Positions 17,510 to 29,233 of a stretch of 64,000 nucleotides of DNA are shown here, one piece after another. The position numbers were made by a program, and so were the translations under genes. Below the pieces are notes generated by a model. That model saw only the letters and a program-made list of their open reading frames with translations. It was not told the origin of the DNA and ran no database searches. The stretch comes from a virus (lineage: Duplodnaviria > Caudoviricetes). The stretch spans positions 131,467 to 195,466 of IMG/VR virus record IMGVR_UViG_3300028591_000086; one strand, written 5' to 3'. Within the stretch, counting starts at the first letter, position 1, and every line of letters starts with the position of its first letter.

Positions 17510-20500
17510 ATGTCTATTATTAATGACAAAATCGCATCCAATGTGTTGGACGGAGTTATTAATGTACATGGTACACGTAGAAACTTAGATGCTTCTACTG
17601 ATGAACGAAGATGTATGAGATTAACTTCTGAAGATATACAGCATTATTTATCTCAGTTTAAATATAATACTGGGACAGTATCGGATGGTAAAAATATAGT
17701 AATAGATGAGTCTGTTATTTATGTTAGGATACCGTTAAACATGTGTTTAGTTGAAAGTAATAATAATACTGAAAATGAACACGAGAGTTATTTATATAAC
17801 GTGGAGAATCGTTCTATGTCTAATAGAGATTCTTTGTCAGTATATGTTGACGGTTTTAAAATACCAGATTCGGAAATAAGGTTTTATCCTACTATATCAA
17901 ACGTTGATGTATTTATACCTACAAAGTATTTAACTGTAGATAGAGAACATGAAGTTATAATTGAAGAAAAACGATACGATTTATTTCCATATATTCATTA
18001 TTATGAAAAGAAAAGTTCTAGTCAGCATATAATTATTCCTATATCTCAAGCAGTTAAAAATAAAATATCAGGAATGTTAAAAGGAAATCTAGAAAAATAT
18101 TTTCAAATATATTTAAATAGAAGATTGTATAATAGTTCTAGAACAGTAAATATCGTTGGAAACAATATAGAAATTTATATTACGTCTGAAGTAATTGATT
18201 CTGAAATAGAAATAATGTTTGATCCTTTTATCGTTTGGTATTTTCCATCAAATACATCAGTATATAATGATACTAAGAATGTTTGGAAGGTATCTGAGGA
18301 ATATTTGGACTCGATACATGGACCTTTGTCTAAATTTTCATGTGCATTCTTTGTTAACGGATTACGTATAATGAATGACGAAGTTGATCAGAAAGGTAGA
18401 CTTCATTTTGAATATGATGGTGTATCTACTTCTGATAATGCACTTTCTTTTTATTTATCAGACAGAGGTTATATAACCGATGAATATCTTAAATTGTATG
18501 GTAAAGATTATTATCTGTACAATTTCATCGGGTGTGATGCTGTAAATAACGCGTTACATAATACTATTAGCGGTTCTCCTTTTATTGATGAGGGTGCTAA
18601 TAAAATAATACCATTTTCAGTTATGAAGTCTATAGGTTCAACCAAAGTCAATTTATCTTTACCTAATGGTGTAAGATATCATGAAGATGGCGTTCAAAAC
18701 TTAAAAATAAAAGTATATAAAACCCGATCCATTGGTGAAAACAGATATCAGGTTGATACTGAATTAACTGAAATAAACAGAGATGATTTTGAAATAAATT
18801 ATTCATCAAATCCTGTAACCATTGCAATTAATGCTCCATCTTCATATATGGCAAACGGTACAACTACTTATGGATTTATAGAAATAGATTCTTGGTTTAG
18901 TTGGGATTACGTATTGAATGATAATGGTTCATTATTTACTAGATCATCTGTTGATGAAATAATTTCTAAGTTTGAGAAATCTTATGACCATTCTGAAAAA
19001 GTTGCTAATCTATTAAGAGATAGACCGTATTTGATGAGAACTTTCTTAGAGAATTTTGGTTATAAGAATTTTGATTCGCAAGTAGAATATAATGGAACAG
19101 ATGCTTATGTGTATTTTGGTATACCGGATGATATAGGTAAAAATACTAAAAAAATATATGATATCTCTATAAACAATAAACATATTCCTAATAGTAGAAT
19201 TACGGTCATAAACAAAGATTTAACTGACGTTTTCAAACTTGAGGGTAAATATTTTGAAAAAGGTATAAATGACATATCTATACAAATAATAGATAAAATA
19301 CCAATACAATATAAGAAATATACGCAAGATGATATACGTGAAATTGATGGTCTTAGGATTCTTGAGGTAAAAGGTTTTGAAAATTTTGGGAATATTGAAA
19401 ACAATATTATTGTTCTCGAACAGGTTGATTCCACCGATGAATCAATACAAAGATTTCCGACATCAGCAAATAAGGGATATAGATTATTTACCGATTATGA
19501 ATTCGGTCAATATGATGGAGAAAATAATATAATAAACTTAATTTTCACAAAAATACCTGAACACGATTTCTTAGTGTATAATAAAAATTTTTCAATGTCT
19601 TATGCATATGTAAAACCTGCTATATCTACTGTAACTGATGTAGTTATACCGCTGTATCATGGTCAAGAATTTGATCCTATACCACTTATACCTAGAGGAA
19701 AAATTTATGTATATTGTGGTAATGATAAATTCATTGAAGGTGTAGACTATTTTGTTAAAACTCCAGAAGATGACCCATCTATAGTAGGTTCATATATTAT
19801 AATGAAACGAATTGTCCTCCCTGGTTCACAAGTAGATATATATTTTTCAAACCATAGAACCACTTCTATTTATAACAAAACAGGATATTTTAATAATAAT
19901 AAATATGGTCTTTTTTATTTGAATAATTTAAGATTCCCTTTTTCTCTTAAATATATGAATTTTTATATTAATGGAAATAAATTAAGTGAAAATGATATCG
20001 ATATTCTTTCAGATAAATTGATCCGTGTTCATTCTGTTCCGATACCAATGTTTGATTTGGTTGTTGAAAGTGTATTTACAGTAGATGATAGTGAACTTGA
20101 ACCTTTTATAATGCAATATCAGCCAGATGCATTTGAAAGATATTTGGCTAGATTATTTGTTGGGGCAAATTATGCCGGAGCATATCAAGATTCTGGATAC
20201 GATATAAATGAAATATACGAATCATTCATCGATACGGTTGATTCAGTCAATAAACGTCCTAATCCTATATCTAGAGATGACGAATGGATACCTTCATATA
20301 ATGATGATGAAAATAAAATAGGACCTTACAGTGATGGTAGTGTATTAGACGGTAAAGATATTCACACTTCTCTTATAGTTGGTAATATCTATATTGTAGC
20401 TGGTGACAAAGGTAAAGTTGCTTCATGTAATTTAGATAATGAATTATGCAGATGGACTAAATGTAATGATGAAGTTCCTTCGTTCCAAGGAGCAATTTTC

Positions 20501-21853
20501 AATGACGGTACTAATTTAAACAATGAAGATATCGTTAGCTCAGTTTTATTTCATGATTATATAATTTTTGGAACTAAAATTGGACATCTGTATGCTTATG
20601 GTGTAAATAGTAAACGTTGGTATAATTCAAACGATTTATCATTTTTAAACATATCCAATTCGTGGGTAGAAAATACTTCTATAAACGGATTCGTTGTAGA
20701 TCCGGTTTCAGATGTATTATATATGTATGGTGATAATGGAACAGTAGATGGTTATTCAATAGCGGATAATAAATGGTTTGGAACATCTTATTCTAAATTT
20801 AAGCCTTATAATTATTCGGTTGGAACAACTGGGGTTATGGGCAACATTTATGATGCGTTTATAACTAATGAAGTCCCATATAGAACTTTAGTCGTTTTAG
20901 GTGAAGATGGAAAAGCAGCTTCATGCTTTATAGACTGTGATAGTAGTAATAACTGGGTAAAACCTGATTCAACTAATCATTTAGATTCATCCGGTTTTAA
21001 ACCTAAAATATATTCTGATGGTAATTATAGAAATAACTCAACAATCCGTTCACATTGTGAATATTTTGGATTTAAAGTATTAATTGGTGATAATGGTGTA
21101 GTATCATATTTCGACGGTTCATTTTTTATAAATAACGATAGTTTGCATATTTGTAATGATGGTTCACATCTTAATAATTTGATAGCATATGATTGTGTTT
21201 CTTATAATGAAAAGATGATTGTCGTCGGTGGACAAAACGGAAAAATATCGGAATATGAAGGTGAAACCAAAAAATGGTTTAATTGTGATAGCGGAAATGG
21301 AATTTCTAGTGATGGTATATATATGGAAGGTAATGATATTTATACAATGCAGTTGATAACAGGAAATATTAATTATATAATATTTGCTGGAAAAAATGGA
21401 AAAGTCTCTTCATATAACATATCATTATCTAATGTACCATATAGATATAATCCGTTTAAATCTGCTTTTTTGGAATGGTATACTACACCAGGAAATGCAA
21501 GAATTGCAACTAAATGGGAAATACCAAAAGAAGTTTCTAAAAAATTTGATATGCTTTTGGAATCTAACACAGATGATGCTTCTGGAAGTATTTGTATCAG
21601 GGACGGTGATGATGATCTTATGGTAGAAATACTCATGAATGATAACGGTGATTATCCATGGGAATTACCTAAACGTCGTAAAATTCTAGCAGATTTTATA
21701 CATAGTTTACCAGACGGATTATATTCCATAGACCAAATATTTGAATTATATAAACAATCTAATATTAAACATTCTTTATATGAAGAAGATCTTATATGTC
21801 TAAAAGACGGTGATGAGATAGATTCAGATGAAGATATAAATATAACCCAATAA
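17510..21853 (+). CDS. Large putative virion (baseplate/tail) protein with beta-propeller-like repeat domain
   Basis: 1447 aa; repeated (F/Y)xxG-x(K/R) motifs (YVDGFK, FVNGLR, YINGNK); seven xxxGxxGxxx blade-like repeats in the C-terminal third. Confidence 0.7.
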   Translation: MSIINDKIASNVLDGVINVHGTRRNLDASTDERRCMRLTSEDIQHYLSQFKYNTGTVSDGKNIVIDESVIYVRIPLNMCLVESNNNTENEHESYLYNVENRSMSNRDSLSVYVDGFKIPDSEIRFYPTISNVDVFIPTKYLTVDREHEVIIEEKRYDLFPYIHYYEKKSSSQHIIIPISQAVKNKISGMLKGNLEKYFQIYLNRRLYNSSRTVNIVGNNIEIYITSEVIDSEIEIMFDPFIVWYFPSNTSVYNDTKNVWKVSEEYLDSIHGPLSKFSCAFFVNGLRIMNDEVDQKGRLHFEYDGVSTSDNALSFYLSDRGYITDEYLKLYGKDYYLYNFIGCDAVNNALHNTISGSPFIDEGANKIIPFSVMKSIGSTKVNLSLPNGVRYHEDGVQNLKIKVYKTRSIGENRYQVDTELTEINRDDFEINYSSNPVTIAINAPSSYMANGTTTYGFIEIDSWFSWDYVLNDNGSLFTRSSVDEIISKFEKSYDHSEKVANLLRDRPYLMRTFLENFGYKNFDSQVEYNGTDAYVYFGIPDDIGKNTKKIYDISINNKHIPNSRITVINKDLTDVFKLEGKYFEKGINDISIQIIDKIPIQYKKYTQDDIREIDGLRILEVKGFENFGNIENNIIVLEQVDSTDESIQRFPTSANKGYRLFTDYEFGQYDGENNIINLIFTKIPEHDFLVYNKNFSMSYAYVKPAISTVTDVVIPLYHGQEFDPIPLIPRGKIYVYCGNDKFIEGVDYFVKTPEDDPSIVGSYIIMKRIVLPGSQVDIYFSNHRTTSIYNKTGYFNNNKYGLFYLNNLRFPFSLKYMNFYINGNKLSENDIDILSDKLIRVHSVPIPMFDLVVESVFTVDDSELEPFIMQYQPDAFERYLARLFVGANYAGAYQDSGYDINEIYESFIDTVDSVNKRPNPISRDDEWIPSYNDDENKIGPYSDGSVLDGKDIHTSLIVGNIYIVAGDKGKVASCNLDNELCRWTKCNDEVPSFQGAIFNDGTNLNNEDIVSSVLFHDYIIFGTKIGHLYAYGVNSKRWYNSNDLSFLNISNSWVENTSINGFVVDPVSDVLYMYGDNGTVDGYSIADNKWFGTSYSKFKPYNYSVGTTGVMGNIYDAFITNEVPYRTLVVLGEDGKAASCFIDCDSSNNWVKPDSTNHLDSSGFKPKIYSDGNYRNNSTIRSHCEYFGFKVLIGDNGVVSYFDGSFFINNDSLHICNDGSHLNNLIAYDCVSYNEKMIVVGGQNGKISEYEGETKKWFNCDSGNGISSDGIYMEGNDIYTMQLITGNINYIIFAGKNGKVSSYNISLSNVPYRYNPFKSAFLEWYTTPGNARIATKWEIPKEVSKKFDMLLESNTDDASGSICIRDGDDDLMVEILMNDNGDYPWELPKRRKILADFIHSLPDGLYSIDQIFELYKQSNIKHSLYEEDLICLKDGDEIDSDEDINITQ

Positions 21854-21874
21854 ACCTAAAAGGAGATTACACAT

Positions 21875-24049
21875 ATGGGATACAATAAAGGTCGTTTGAT
21901 ACCAGATGCAAGACCGTTGTCTGAATTTAGACAAGAAGACTCTCGTTCTCCTTTTGATGGAGAAGTGGTATTTGACGATACTGATAAATCTTTAGATATA
22001 GGTGTATGGGTGAAAAATATGAATAATGTCTGGGAATGTCACATGAGAACAAAAGAAATACAAGAAATTATAGATTCTTATGGTTCTTCAGGAGACAATA
22101 CTTTTCAAAATGCTACTGCATTTTATGAATCAGGCATTATTCATAAATTTTTCTTTTCCCAAAAAGGTCAAAGAGTTTGGTTAGATAGTTCTTTTGATAT
22201 TTCGAAATTTGCATATTATGCGATAAAGACTATAAACACTGAACGATATGTTACTGGTTTAGTAGATTCAGATGGAAACGATTATTTAAAAGCATTGATT
22301 CCTGTTTCCATGAAATATGGAAAAATAACTTCTGAAATCCGCATTAATACTTGGTATACTGTTGAGTTTTATAATGATAAAAAAGATTTAATGCATTCTA
22401 TAAATTATTTATCTCATCAAGCTCTAACTATGCCTATAGATCTCATTAATGAGCCTTCTGGTAAAGAAAATACGATAACTAATGTAAAATTGACTTTTGA
22501 CAGAGTCGATAGTGATGGTAAGGGTATTTTATATAAAGGTGAACGCCTATCAGATATACATCCACATTTGCGTTTAACTATATCAGATGGTCATATCGTT
22601 ATAATTGACGATATTGAGAAAATGAAATTATCATATAATGAATTAGATACCGATAGGGTCGGTGAATACAATATCAAAGCTTCATACCCGGTTTTTGACA
22701 ACGATAATGCTTCACAACGAAAAATATTTAAATATTTTAAAGATATAATTTTCTATTACGGATACGAAACGCAGAAACCATATATCAGTATAGTTATGCC
22801 GAAAATTGAAAATGGAATGTATAATCGTGAATATAAAGAAGTTCGTGTTAGAGGAATTGGTAATGAAGATACCCAATATATAACAGATTTTGAAATTGTA
22901 CAAAATGAAAATGGTAATGATGTAATATTAATACCTCATAAATATTTTAAAATTGAAAAGAATTCAGTATTAATTTATTTTACCGAAACTACTGATTCCA
23001 ATCTTGTTCATTCTGATTCATTATATATTCCTGTTGAAAATACCGTAAAAATCATTGAACCTGAAATATACGAATACGATGATTTTAAAGCTATTGGATA
23101 TATCGTTAATGTTGGTGGTGAAAATAAAGTAGCATATAAATCATACGTTATACGAAACGGTATAGTTGAAGAAATAACTAATTTAGTAAGTTATGTTTAT
23201 CCACCAGATTATGAATCTGGTAAAATAAATAGAATAGTTGCTAAATTTAAAGGACATGAAGAAGCGTTTTTTAGTTATTTCATGGACCCAAATGTTTCAG
23301 GTAACACTAAAATTCTTACATCTAAATCTAGATCAGATTTAGGTTTGACACCTGAAACATTAGAAACGCCAGTATTACTATACTCTACAGGTTATTCAGA
23401 TTTTACATTAGGAATGGGAAACTTTAATAAATCTAATCCTGTAAATTTTGATGTTATATTTAATATGATATCTCCTAATGTAGATTTGATTCGTGTAAGA
23501 AACGTTAAAGTCAATAAATATATGACACATTATGTAAGAAGTAATTCTTTTACATATATGCCATCGCATAAAACTTTTGTTCGAATACCAAATAAAGCTA
23601 AAACTTTAAAAGATGTTGTTTCTAACGTGTTTACACCAGATAATTATTCTGTGTCTTATAGAATAATAAAATGTAAAAATAAAGTTCTAACTAATATGTA
23701 TGGTACTAGAACAGTTAAAGAACTATTACAAATGGTTAATGAACCATCTGATTCATTTGGTACATTTATAGGATATTCTTTAAGTAATGGATGGATTATA
23801 AATGATAGTGAATCTGAAAGATTGATTAATAATGGTGAAAAATTATATTATTATGAATGGTTTGCTTTAGAAGTTGATAATATTAATACACCTTTACCTT
23901 TAAATTTTGATGGTTTAGTTGAATTTAAATATACTTTAAATCGAATAACCATTTCTAATAATGATTGTTTCTTAATAGAAGGATACAATTCGACTAATAA
24001 GGGCAAGTGTTTAGGAAGTATAATAGCACACGCTGCTGTTAAGATATAA
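21875..24049 (+). CDS. Putative virion structural protein (paralog of 24067..25767)
   Basis: Shares RTxEIQ, YYAI, YxVEFY and IRxRxVK motifs with the next gene. Confidence 0.7.
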   Translation: MGYNKGRLIPDARPLSEFRQEDSRSPFDGEVVFDDTDKSLDIGVWVKNMNNVWECHMRTKEIQEIIDSYGSSGDNTFQNATAFYESGIIHKFFFSQKGQRVWLDSSFDISKFAYYAIKTINTERYVTGLVDSDGNDYLKALIPVSMKYGKITSEIRINTWYTVEFYNDKKDLMHSINYLSHQALTMPIDLINEPSGKENTITNVKLTFDRVDSDGKGILYKGERLSDIHPHLRLTISDGHIVIIDDIEKMKLSYNELDTDRVGEYNIKASYPVFDNDNASQRKIFKYFKDIIFYYGYETQKPYISIVMPKIENGMYNREYKEVRVRGIGNEDTQYITDFEIVQNENGNDVILIPHKYFKIEKNSVLIYFTETTDSNLVHSDSLYIPVENTVKIIEPEIYEYDDFKAIGYIVNVGGENKVAYKSYVIRNGIVEEITNLVSYVYPPDYESGKINRIVAKFKGHEEAFFSYFMDPNVSGNTKILTSKSRSDLGLTPETLETPVLLYSTGYSDFTLGMGNFNKSNPVNFDVIFNMISPNVDLIRVRNVKVNKYMTHYVRSNSFTYMPSHKTFVRIPNKAKTLKDVVSNVFTPDNYSVSYRIIKCKNKVLTNMYGTRTVKELLQMVNEPSDSFGTFIGYSLSNGWIINDSESERLINNGEKLYYYEWFALEVDNINTPLPLNFDGLVEFKYTLNRITISNNDCFLIEGYNSTNKGKCLGSIIAHAAVKI

Positions 24050-24066
24050 GTTTAAGGAGTTAAGAA

Positions 24067-25767
24067 ATGGCAAAGTTGTCTATGGGTTTAAACCCTATTT
24101 CTAAATATAGAGGACCTAATGCTGCTGTTCCTATAGAAGGAACAATGGCATATGATGATAGCACCAAGGATATATATTCTGCACATTGGAACGATGTAAA
24201 GAACGAGTGGGAGTGGAAAAGTAGAACAGCGGAAATCCAGAGATTTTTAGATAATCTTTCGTCTGCTGGTCTTTTTGAGGCTTCTGCAGCATTCGTTAAT
24301 AATAGAAAGATTTTGAGATTTTATTACGATACAGATAACGGTATCGTTAGACTTAATTCTGATTTACGTTTCGATGCATCTTACAGATATTATGCTATTC
24401 GAAGTATTTCTAAAACTGCGAATGGCGGATATGAATATATCACTGGTGAAACAAATCATGATGGAAACATCGTTAGTTCTCTTGTAAATATGGATCTTGT
24501 TGATTCTGCTGTAGCAGACGGAACGCAAGAATCTAAACCAGGAACAGGTAAACTGTATGGTGACGTAATTGATGGTAACGCTTATATTGTAGAGTTCTAT
24601 GATATAAATAGAACACTCATTGATGTAGAATCTTATCAAGCAGTTAAAGTTAGAACAGCTGATACTGATTTGTGTCCTGACACAGCTATTAAAGATTTAC
24701 TTGTACATTGTAATCAGGAAAGTAATGGAGCATTTTATTTACATCAAGGTCAAAGCGTAGATGAACTTGCAATACAAGTCCTTCTTGATTACGGTGATGA
24801 TCTACTTAAAGATGTTTCTCATGAAGAAACTAATGGTGGAAGATTAGCTATTCAAGGTTTAGATGAAATAGATACTTCTACACTTACAGCTGATTCAGGT
24901 GTTCAACAGAAAATAGTTGTTGCTTATACTATGATACGTTCAAATGCGTCATACCCAGTTCAACAGTCTTATAACTCTGAAACTGGAGCTATTATTTCAC
25001 CAAATAGTAATACTATATATAAGGAAATACCTATTAATATTGTAGCTAATGATAACACTGATTTAGTTGAAGTTATACCTGTTGGATATATTCTTCCTAC
25101 AATTGAAAATGTTTATGATTCTACAACCGGTGCTATTATCGGAGAAAAAAGTGTTAAGAAAATTAAACTTAAGTTCTTTGGTCATTATTCTGATGGTACA
25201 TTGTATGATATTACTCGTCTTACATCCATTAACAATGATGTTGAACAGTTTAACGATGAAAATATTATTTCTCCACAAAATATTGTAATACAAGTACGTT
25301 TAGGATACAGTAACTATAAGTACAATACTTATCAATTTACTATATATCCATTTGGTATTGAATCAAACGCTGTAACTTTCAAAAATGGGGTAAGTAGTTA
25401 TGTATCATTTGATACTACTCAGAATGCTGGTGGTATTTATTCTGGTTCATTTGTAGGTTTCACATACAATGGACAGTTACTTGATCCTAGTGAATTAATA
25501 AATCAGGACGCAGCTAAATACGGTGATATTCAAGCTAACTATATTAGAATACGAGACGTTAAAGATCCATCATTTTATTACACTGATATAGTTCAGCCTT
25601 CAGATCAGATTTTCTATAAAACAAATAGTGAACATATTTTAACTAAAGACACTCCTTTATTAGTTGAATTCTACAGAGTAACAGTAGAATCTTCTACAAA
25701 TAAAACAATCAATATTTTTGCAACAGGTGCAATGTTATTCTTTGCTGATACTAGAATTACAAATTAA
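24067..25767 (+). CDS. Putative virion structural protein
   Basis: 566 aa, beta-rich, in the late operon. Confidence 0.7.
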   Translation: MAKLSMGLNPISKYRGPNAAVPIEGTMAYDDSTKDIYSAHWNDVKNEWEWKSRTAEIQRFLDNLSSAGLFEASAAFVNNRKILRFYYDTDNGIVRLNSDLRFDASYRYYAIRSISKTANGGYEYITGETNHDGNIVSSLVNMDLVDSAVADGTQESKPGTGKLYGDVIDGNAYIVEFYDINRTLIDVESYQAVKVRTADTDLCPDTAIKDLLVHCNQESNGAFYLHQGQSVDELAIQVLLDYGDDLLKDVSHEETNGGRLAIQGLDEIDTSTLTADSGVQQKIVVAYTMIRSNASYPVQQSYNSETGAIISPNSNTIYKEIPINIVANDNTDLVEVIPVGYILPTIENVYDSTTGAIIGEKSVKKIKLKFFGHYSDGTLYDITRLTSINNDVEQFNDENIISPQNIVIQVRLGYSNYKYNTYQFTIYPFGIESNAVTFKNGVSSYVSFDTTQNAGGIYSGSFVGFTYNGQLLDPSELINQDAAKYGDIQANYIRIRDVKDPSFYYTDIVQPSDQIFYKTNSEHILTKDTPLLVEFYRVTVESSTNKTINIFATGAMLFFADTRITN

Positions 25768-25781
25768 TGGAGGAATTATAA

Positions 25782-27875
25782 ATGTCAGGTACTGTAGGTG
25801 AAATGCTTAATAAGATTAAAACATCGTGTGATCCTAAAACAATGATGTTTTGTTTTAAAGATACTAAAATAGCTAAAGCATATAACAGAACAGTATTATA
25901 TACTCCTTGGGAATCTAGAGTTAAACCGATATCTAATTATATAAATTATTCTGAGCAGAATGTTTTTGAAAGTTGGAAACAAAATGATATTTTTGCTGCT
26001 GGAAATGTAGCTTTCGATTCAAGAGAACATTCTTCCAAAGTAGTAGTTAAAATAGAATATAGTGGAAATCCAGCAGATTCTTCTACTAAAAAGAAAACTA
26101 CTACAACAGTAGAAACATATAATTTTAATGGAACGATTACTACGACAATAGAAGTAATTTATACGTATAATAATAAAAATTATACAACTCCTGTTGAAGG
26201 TAGTTTAGATAGACCATTATTCGGTGTGGCAGTAGATCAATTTACTACTTATAGTGAAGCGTTTACTGCTAATCCGAATTATTTAAGAGTATATAAATTT
26301 GTTCCAGATAATATTGGAATTTATTATTGGGTAGAATCTCCATATTTTTGTGAATTTAAAACTGAAAGATTATCGTCTGGGAATATAGACAGTTATTATG
26401 CGTATAAAAACGAAGATGATACGTATTATATAAAAGATATTCTGAAACGTTCAATACGTAAACCTTTATTAAACGTTTATTATAAAAATTCTCAAGGCAT
26501 TTGGATTGATTATAATCAATGTATTAGATCATACCCAGAATATGATGTTGAAGAAGCTAGTAAGATATGGACAGAACGTTTACGGGTAGATAATGATATT
26601 TTACCTAGATGTGAATATATTGATGAAAATAAAAACAGATATTTCATAGATAACGGAGATGGTCAAGATACTTATGTTGAAAACTGTACTAGTATAGAAC
26701 TTGATACTGTAAAAGCTATAACTGTATTATCGAAAGAATTAGAATTTAATATCGACACTGAAATAGATGCTATTACATTTTTGAGTGGCGAAATTGTTCC
26801 TCGTGTATCAGGATTTGTATTTAATCACTGGTCATGGATTAAAGATGGTGCAGAGATTACATCAATGTCGAATAAAAATCTTAATCCAGGTGATGTGTTA
26901 AAAGTTTACGCCGTATATTACAGATCTACTGGTAAAGTATTATATGAACCTTATTCATTAGATGATCCTACTATTCCATGGAAACGTAGATTCATGTATG
27001 ATGATCTAAAAATTACTTTACCTGAAGGATATAAGAAAGAGCAATTCTTAGTGTGGTTGAATGGTGCATTTGTTCCTTCAACTAAAGATAATACTTACGA
27101 ACACGTTATGTATCTAGAGAATGCTATGACCATGATAGGAAGTAAATCTGTAAATCAGAAACTCGGTTCAACTTATACAAATGGTGATTATGGTACAGTT
27201 ATAACATCTGAAGAAAATGATGAGTATAGATATGATATCAATTTAAGATTATTTGGTTGGAAAGGTGTAAAAGTTTCTAATTTTTATAGACCAGTTAGTT
27301 CAACAACTACACCAATAACTTATAATTTTGAATCTATTTATCCTCTGAAAACATTAACCTTCCCAGTAGCAGTTAATAAATCTGCTCATTTAATTATGTG
27401 TAATGGTAAAGTATTGGATTCTAGTGAATATTTTGTAGATGAAAATAATCCTAAGACTATAATATTGAAGAATGTTGAAGCTGATGCTAATATTCTTCTT
27501 GACGAATTAGTTAAGGAAATAGATGAAAATCTTGATTACTATGAAAACGTAAATCCTTTACATTTATTACGAAGTATGATACTTGAGAGAACTTATTCTT
27601 TAATAAATTTTGAAGCAGAAGATCCTACTAAGGTAGTAGAACTTCATAATTCAAATGCTTGTGCGGTAGATTTTCCTAAAAAAGGAGAAATAACGTTCAC
27701 AAGATTAAGAATAGGTGATATGGTATTGATAAATGGTTTATTCGAACCTTATATCTGGGTTCATCAGAATACTATAAAGATACCTAAGACTGCTAATACA
27801 TATAGTGACGGCGTTGTCGATAAATTGTATGCTGAAAATGTCATTAGATACTATTTCGTATTAAAGGATAAATAA
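25782..27875 (+). CDS. Putative virion structural protein
   Basis: 697 aa; LVWLNG, LIMCNG, VLINGL motifs; last gene before terminator 27879-27909. Confidence 0.7.
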   Translation: MSGTVGEMLNKIKTSCDPKTMMFCFKDTKIAKAYNRTVLYTPWESRVKPISNYINYSEQNVFESWKQNDIFAAGNVAFDSREHSSKVVVKIEYSGNPADSSTKKKTTTTVETYNFNGTITTTIEVIYTYNNKNYTTPVEGSLDRPLFGVAVDQFTTYSEAFTANPNYLRVYKFVPDNIGIYYWVESPYFCEFKTERLSSGNIDSYYAYKNEDDTYYIKDILKRSIRKPLLNVYYKNSQGIWIDYNQCIRSYPEYDVEEASKIWTERLRVDNDILPRCEYIDENKNRYFIDNGDGQDTYVENCTSIELDTVKAITVLSKELEFNIDTEIDAITFLSGEIVPRVSGFVFNHWSWIKDGAEITSMSNKNLNPGDVLKVYAVYYRSTGKVLYEPYSLDDPTIPWKRRFMYDDLKITLPEGYKKEQFLVWLNGAFVPSTKDNTYEHVMYLENAMTMIGSKSVNQKLGSTYTNGDYGTVITSEENDEYRYDINLRLFGWKGVKVSNFYRPVSSTTTPITYNFESIYPLKTLTFPVAVNKSAHLIMCNGKVLDSSEYFVDENNPKTIILKNVEADANILLDELVKEIDENLDYYENVNPLHLLRSMILERTYSLINFEAEDPTKVVELHNSNACAVDFPKKGEITFTRLRIGDMVLINGLFEPYIWVHQNTIKIPKTANTYSDGVVDKLYAENVIRYYFVLKDK

Positions 27876-27878
27876 AAT

Positions 27879-27909
27879 AATAATCCCCTGAAATTATCAG
27901 GGGATTATT
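27879..27909 (+). terminator. Intrinsic terminator
   Basis: AATAATCCCCTGA/TCAGGGGATTATT. Confidence 0.75.
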
Positions 27910-27974
27910 TTAATCTATCAGTTTAACGATTGTATATTCTGTTAGTATCTATAGATAAAATATGGGAGGGCCAT

Positions 27975-28409
27975 ATGGTCAGAAAAAGTAAAAGGCAGAT
28001 AGATATAGATAAAAATCTATATCTATCATTTGTGGAGAAATCGACTCGTGAAGAATTAATTTCTCTAATGGAATTATTGGTTTCACGAGAAACAGTAAGC
28101 AATAATTCGTATGAAACACCTTTAGATGATTTGATAAAGGAAGTTGATGCGATTGCTGCCGCATGTGCTGATTTAGAAAAACGTACTGCTACTACTGGTG
28201 CTTGCATAAGACCGATGTTGCGAAGAATGTCTCAGAGAAGTTTTACTGAGACATGTGAATTGATGAATGACATAATCGAGAAAAACATTTTCGACTGTCC
28301 ATGTAACAAGATGAAACATATCGTCGACTTTAAGAATAAGTTGAATGAACATGCTCTTGTGGACTATGTTGATATCGTCGATTCTATAGCAGATATCATC
28401 TCACAATAG
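27975..28409 (+). CDS. Hypothetical protein
   Basis: GGGAGG RBS before ATG 27975. Confidence 0.75.
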   Translation: MVRKSKRQIDIDKNLYLSFVEKSTREELISLMELLVSRETVSNNSYETPLDDLIKEVDAIAAACADLEKRTATTGACIRPMLRRMSQRSFTETCELMNDIIEKNIFDCPCNKMKHIVDFKNKLNEHALVDYVDIVDSIADIISQ

Positions 28410-28545
28410 TAAAACTATGGACAAAGAAGAGCGCTTTATGCGCTCTTCTTTTTTTATTTATTATATAATACTATTTATATATTGTATTATTGATATGGCA
28501 GAGTAAACTCTTTAATTATTTTAACCATATAATAGGAAACATAAA

Positions 28546-28770
28546 ATGCAAATTAAATATGATGATCAAGGACGACTTAGTGAAGTGATCTTTGCCGAAA
28601 ATGATGATCAAACTAAGTTTTGGGATGCTTTTAATAAAGCTAATGAAGAAATTACAAACAGATGTAAAATTCTTCAAGAAGAAAACACTGAAAGATGTAA
28701 AATTCTTCAAGAAGAAAACACTAAAGTGATGCAATTCATCACTAAAAGTTATTTAGGCGTGATGGATTAA
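28546..28770 (+). CDS. Small hypothetical protein with an 11-aa tandem duplication
   Basis: RCKILQEENT twice (30-bp copies at 28660 and 28693). Confidence 0.7.
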   Translation: MQIKYDDQGRLSEVIFAENDDQTKFWDAFNKANEEITNRCKILQEENTERCKILQEENTKVMQFITKSYLGVMD

Positions 28771-28921
28771 TTCAAGTAAAAAGAAAGAAGTTATAAATTG
28801 CTTCTTTCTTTTTCTTTTTTATCAAAATGTAGAGTTCTGTAAACAATCATATGAACTCGTTTTTTATTAAATTTATATATTATTTTTTAGTATAAATAGT
28901 GCTTTAAAAGGAGATAATAGC

Positions 28922-29212
28922 ATGAAACGAGGATACTCAACAGAACCAAACACTAGACCATATGATAATGGAGCAATATCAGCAATGCAATCGTTATCGT
29001 TTGCTATGATAAAATCTATATCAGATTCTACAACAGTACAATTTGATATAACGATTAAAACTGAAGGAGTTAGGGTAACTCTTATTAAAAAAGAAAAAGA
29101 TAATTCTTTAAGAAAAAGAACGGTCGAGTGTGATAATGCTGAACTTGGTATGTTGCCAATGAAGATAAATAATGCTTTATCAGAAGTGACAACTGGTTTG
29201 GCACACTTATAA
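28922..29212 (+). CDS. Hypothetical protein
   Basis: AGGAG RBS, 96 aa. Confidence 0.75.
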   Translation: MKRGYSTEPNTRPYDNGAISAMQSLSFAMIKSISDSTTVQFDITIKTEGVRVTLIKKEKDNSLRKRTVECDNAELGMLPMKINNALSEVTTGLAHL

Positions 29213-29233
29213 TATTGTAAGGAGGTGGGAAAC

